Source of the DNA: an uncultured Ectothiorhodospiraceae bacterium
GTDB taxonomy: Bacteria; Pseudomonadota; Gammaproteobacteria; HK1
Direction: 5' to 3'
NCBI GenBank assembly: GCA_964488985.1
Contig: CAZAWX010000002.1
Coordinates: 1 to 54,033, forward strand
DNA length: 54,033 bases
Within the stretch, counting starts at the first letter, position 1; each line of letters starts with the position of its first letter. Below, in pieces: positions 53,492-54,033 of the stretch. The notes beneath the pieces are model-generated. The model was not told where the DNA came from, made no database searches, and was given only the letters and a program-made list of their open reading frames with translations. The position numbers and the translations under genes are program-made.

Positions 53492-53865
53492 AGCCGTAAC
53501 TGGGCAACCAACTCGCCTTGAATCTGGACGCGCTGCGGTGCGTAACGTGTGACCTGGCCGGACTCGGTATATAGCACGACCCGGTTGGCCTGGCGGCGGT
53601 AAAATTTGAGTTCGGTGTCCTGGCCATCGACCAGAGCCAGTATCAGAACGCCATCGCGGGCCTTGCGGCTGTGGCGAATGACCAGCAGATCCCCATGACG
53701 GATCCCGGAGGCTTCCAGCGCATCGCCCTGTACCCGCAGGACAAAACGATCGGGGGCACAAAAAATTTCAGCAAAATCAACCAGATCCTCGTCAGGCGGG
53801 GAAAATGTCGGGGGGCCGGCATGAATGCGGCCAAGGCAAGCTAAAGCGAAGTTATTCACGGGCAA
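53479..53865 (-). CDS. S24 (LexA/UmuD-like) peptidase-family protein with the catalytic Ser replaced by Ala
   Basis: The 128-aa protein aligns with E. coli UmuD. The cleavage-site region IHAG|PP matches QCG|[24 protein letters not shown] aligns with [32 protein letters not shown] aligns with DGEFTVKKL, so the Lys is retained. The Ser60 position is Ala49, encoded by GCG at 53719-53721. The start is TTG 53865 or GTG 53859, and there is no in-frame ATG. Confidence 0.8.
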   Translation of the reverse strand: [128 protein letters not shown]

Positions 53866-53873
53866 AATAAATT

Positions 53874-53889
53874 CTGTAATTAATACCAG
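53874..53889. promoter_or_regulatory. Putative LexA (SOS) box upstream of the umuD-like gene
   Basis: CTGTAATTAATACCAG fits the gammaproteobacterial CTG-N10-CAG pattern (consensus CTGT-N8-ACAG, with one arm deviating). It lies 9 nt upstream of the TTG start and overlaps a TATTAA -10-like hexamer on the minus strand. Confidence 0.5.
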
Positions 53890-53979
53890 TATTGCAGATG
53901 TTGCTCTGCAAGGGAAGATGTTTGTCTTACAGTTCGCGCCATGGTGGGTCCGTACCGACAGGTCATGGCGCGGTTTTGC

Positions 53980-54033
53980 CTAAATAGCTGCGCATAAATC
54001 CACTTCAGAAAATCGCAGTGGGTTGCCCGCCAG
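53980..54033 (-). repeat. Copy B, the inverted partner of the 36..88 repeat, ending at the window edge
   Basis: CTAAATAGCTGCGCATAAATCCACTTCAGAAAATCGCAGTGGGTTGCCCGCCAG. Its reverse complement matches 36..88 except for one substitution and one 1-nt indel. It lies 115 nt upstream of the umuD-like start. Confidence 0.9.

Noticed and set aside
53492-53761. A 90-codon N-terminal extension of the Y-family polymerase ORF (52214..53761)
   Set aside because: It overlaps the umuD-like gene in another frame and is Pro/Gly/Arg-rich with no polymerase similarity. The conserved polymerase N-terminus (VIALVDMNAFFAS) begins right after ATG 53491.
53935-53972. The hairpin CGCGCCATG-N20-CATGGCGCG followed by GTTTTG, as an intrinsic terminator
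   Set aside because: No plus-strand gene ends upstream of it within the window, the loop is long at 20 nt, and the T-tract is short. It might belong to a gene beyond the window edge, so I could not support it as a terminator.

Overview
This window is a densely packed chromosomal core segment of a gammaproteobacterium. I can support 54 protein-coding genes and one RNA gene (RNase P RNA, rnpB).

Gene order, left to right:
- queA-tgt-yajC-secDF
- mlaFEDCB-ibaG-murA
- hisGDC
- petABC (cytochrome bc1)
- sspAB
- on the minus strand, a DUF3301-like ORF followed by dolP-diaA-yraN-lpoA
- rsmI and rnpB
- the complete dcw cluster, mraZ-rsmH-ftsL-ftsI-murE-murF-mraY-murD-ftsW-murG-murC-murB-ddl-ftsQ-ftsA-ftsZ
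- an inserted minus-strand methyltransferase
- lpxC, a DUF721/DciA-like gene, an M23 peptidase, secA, argJ and a NUDIX-ThiE-like fusion
- a less conserved right-hand end: fdxA, an acyl-CoA ligase plus hotdog thioesterase, and an SOS-type S24-peptidase/Y-family-polymerase cassette

From memory, much of this order matches the Pseudomonas-type arrangement, including rnpB between rsmI and mraZ.

I found no CRISPR array, tRNA, transposase, integrase, phage genes or recognisable defence genes. I see no convincing multi-gene novel system, and most of the window is ordinary housekeeping DNA.

Observations worth a second look:
1. A ~53-nt sequence occurs in inverted orientation at both edges of the window (36-88 and 53980-54033).
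2. The UmuD-like protein has its catalytic Ser codon replaced by Ala (GCG), while the Ala-Gly cleavage site and the catalytic Lys are retained.
3. A UbiE-like methyltransferase and a 461-nt repeat-bearing spacer split the usually tight ftsZ-lpxC junction.
4. A 182-nt mraZ-rsmH spacer is closed by a 13-bp perfect inverted repeat that spans the mraZ stop and the rsmH ribosome-binding region.
5. Cytochrome b carries a ~55-aa C-terminal insertion predicted to add two transmembrane helices.

All homology statements rest on recognising motifs by eye. No database search was run.
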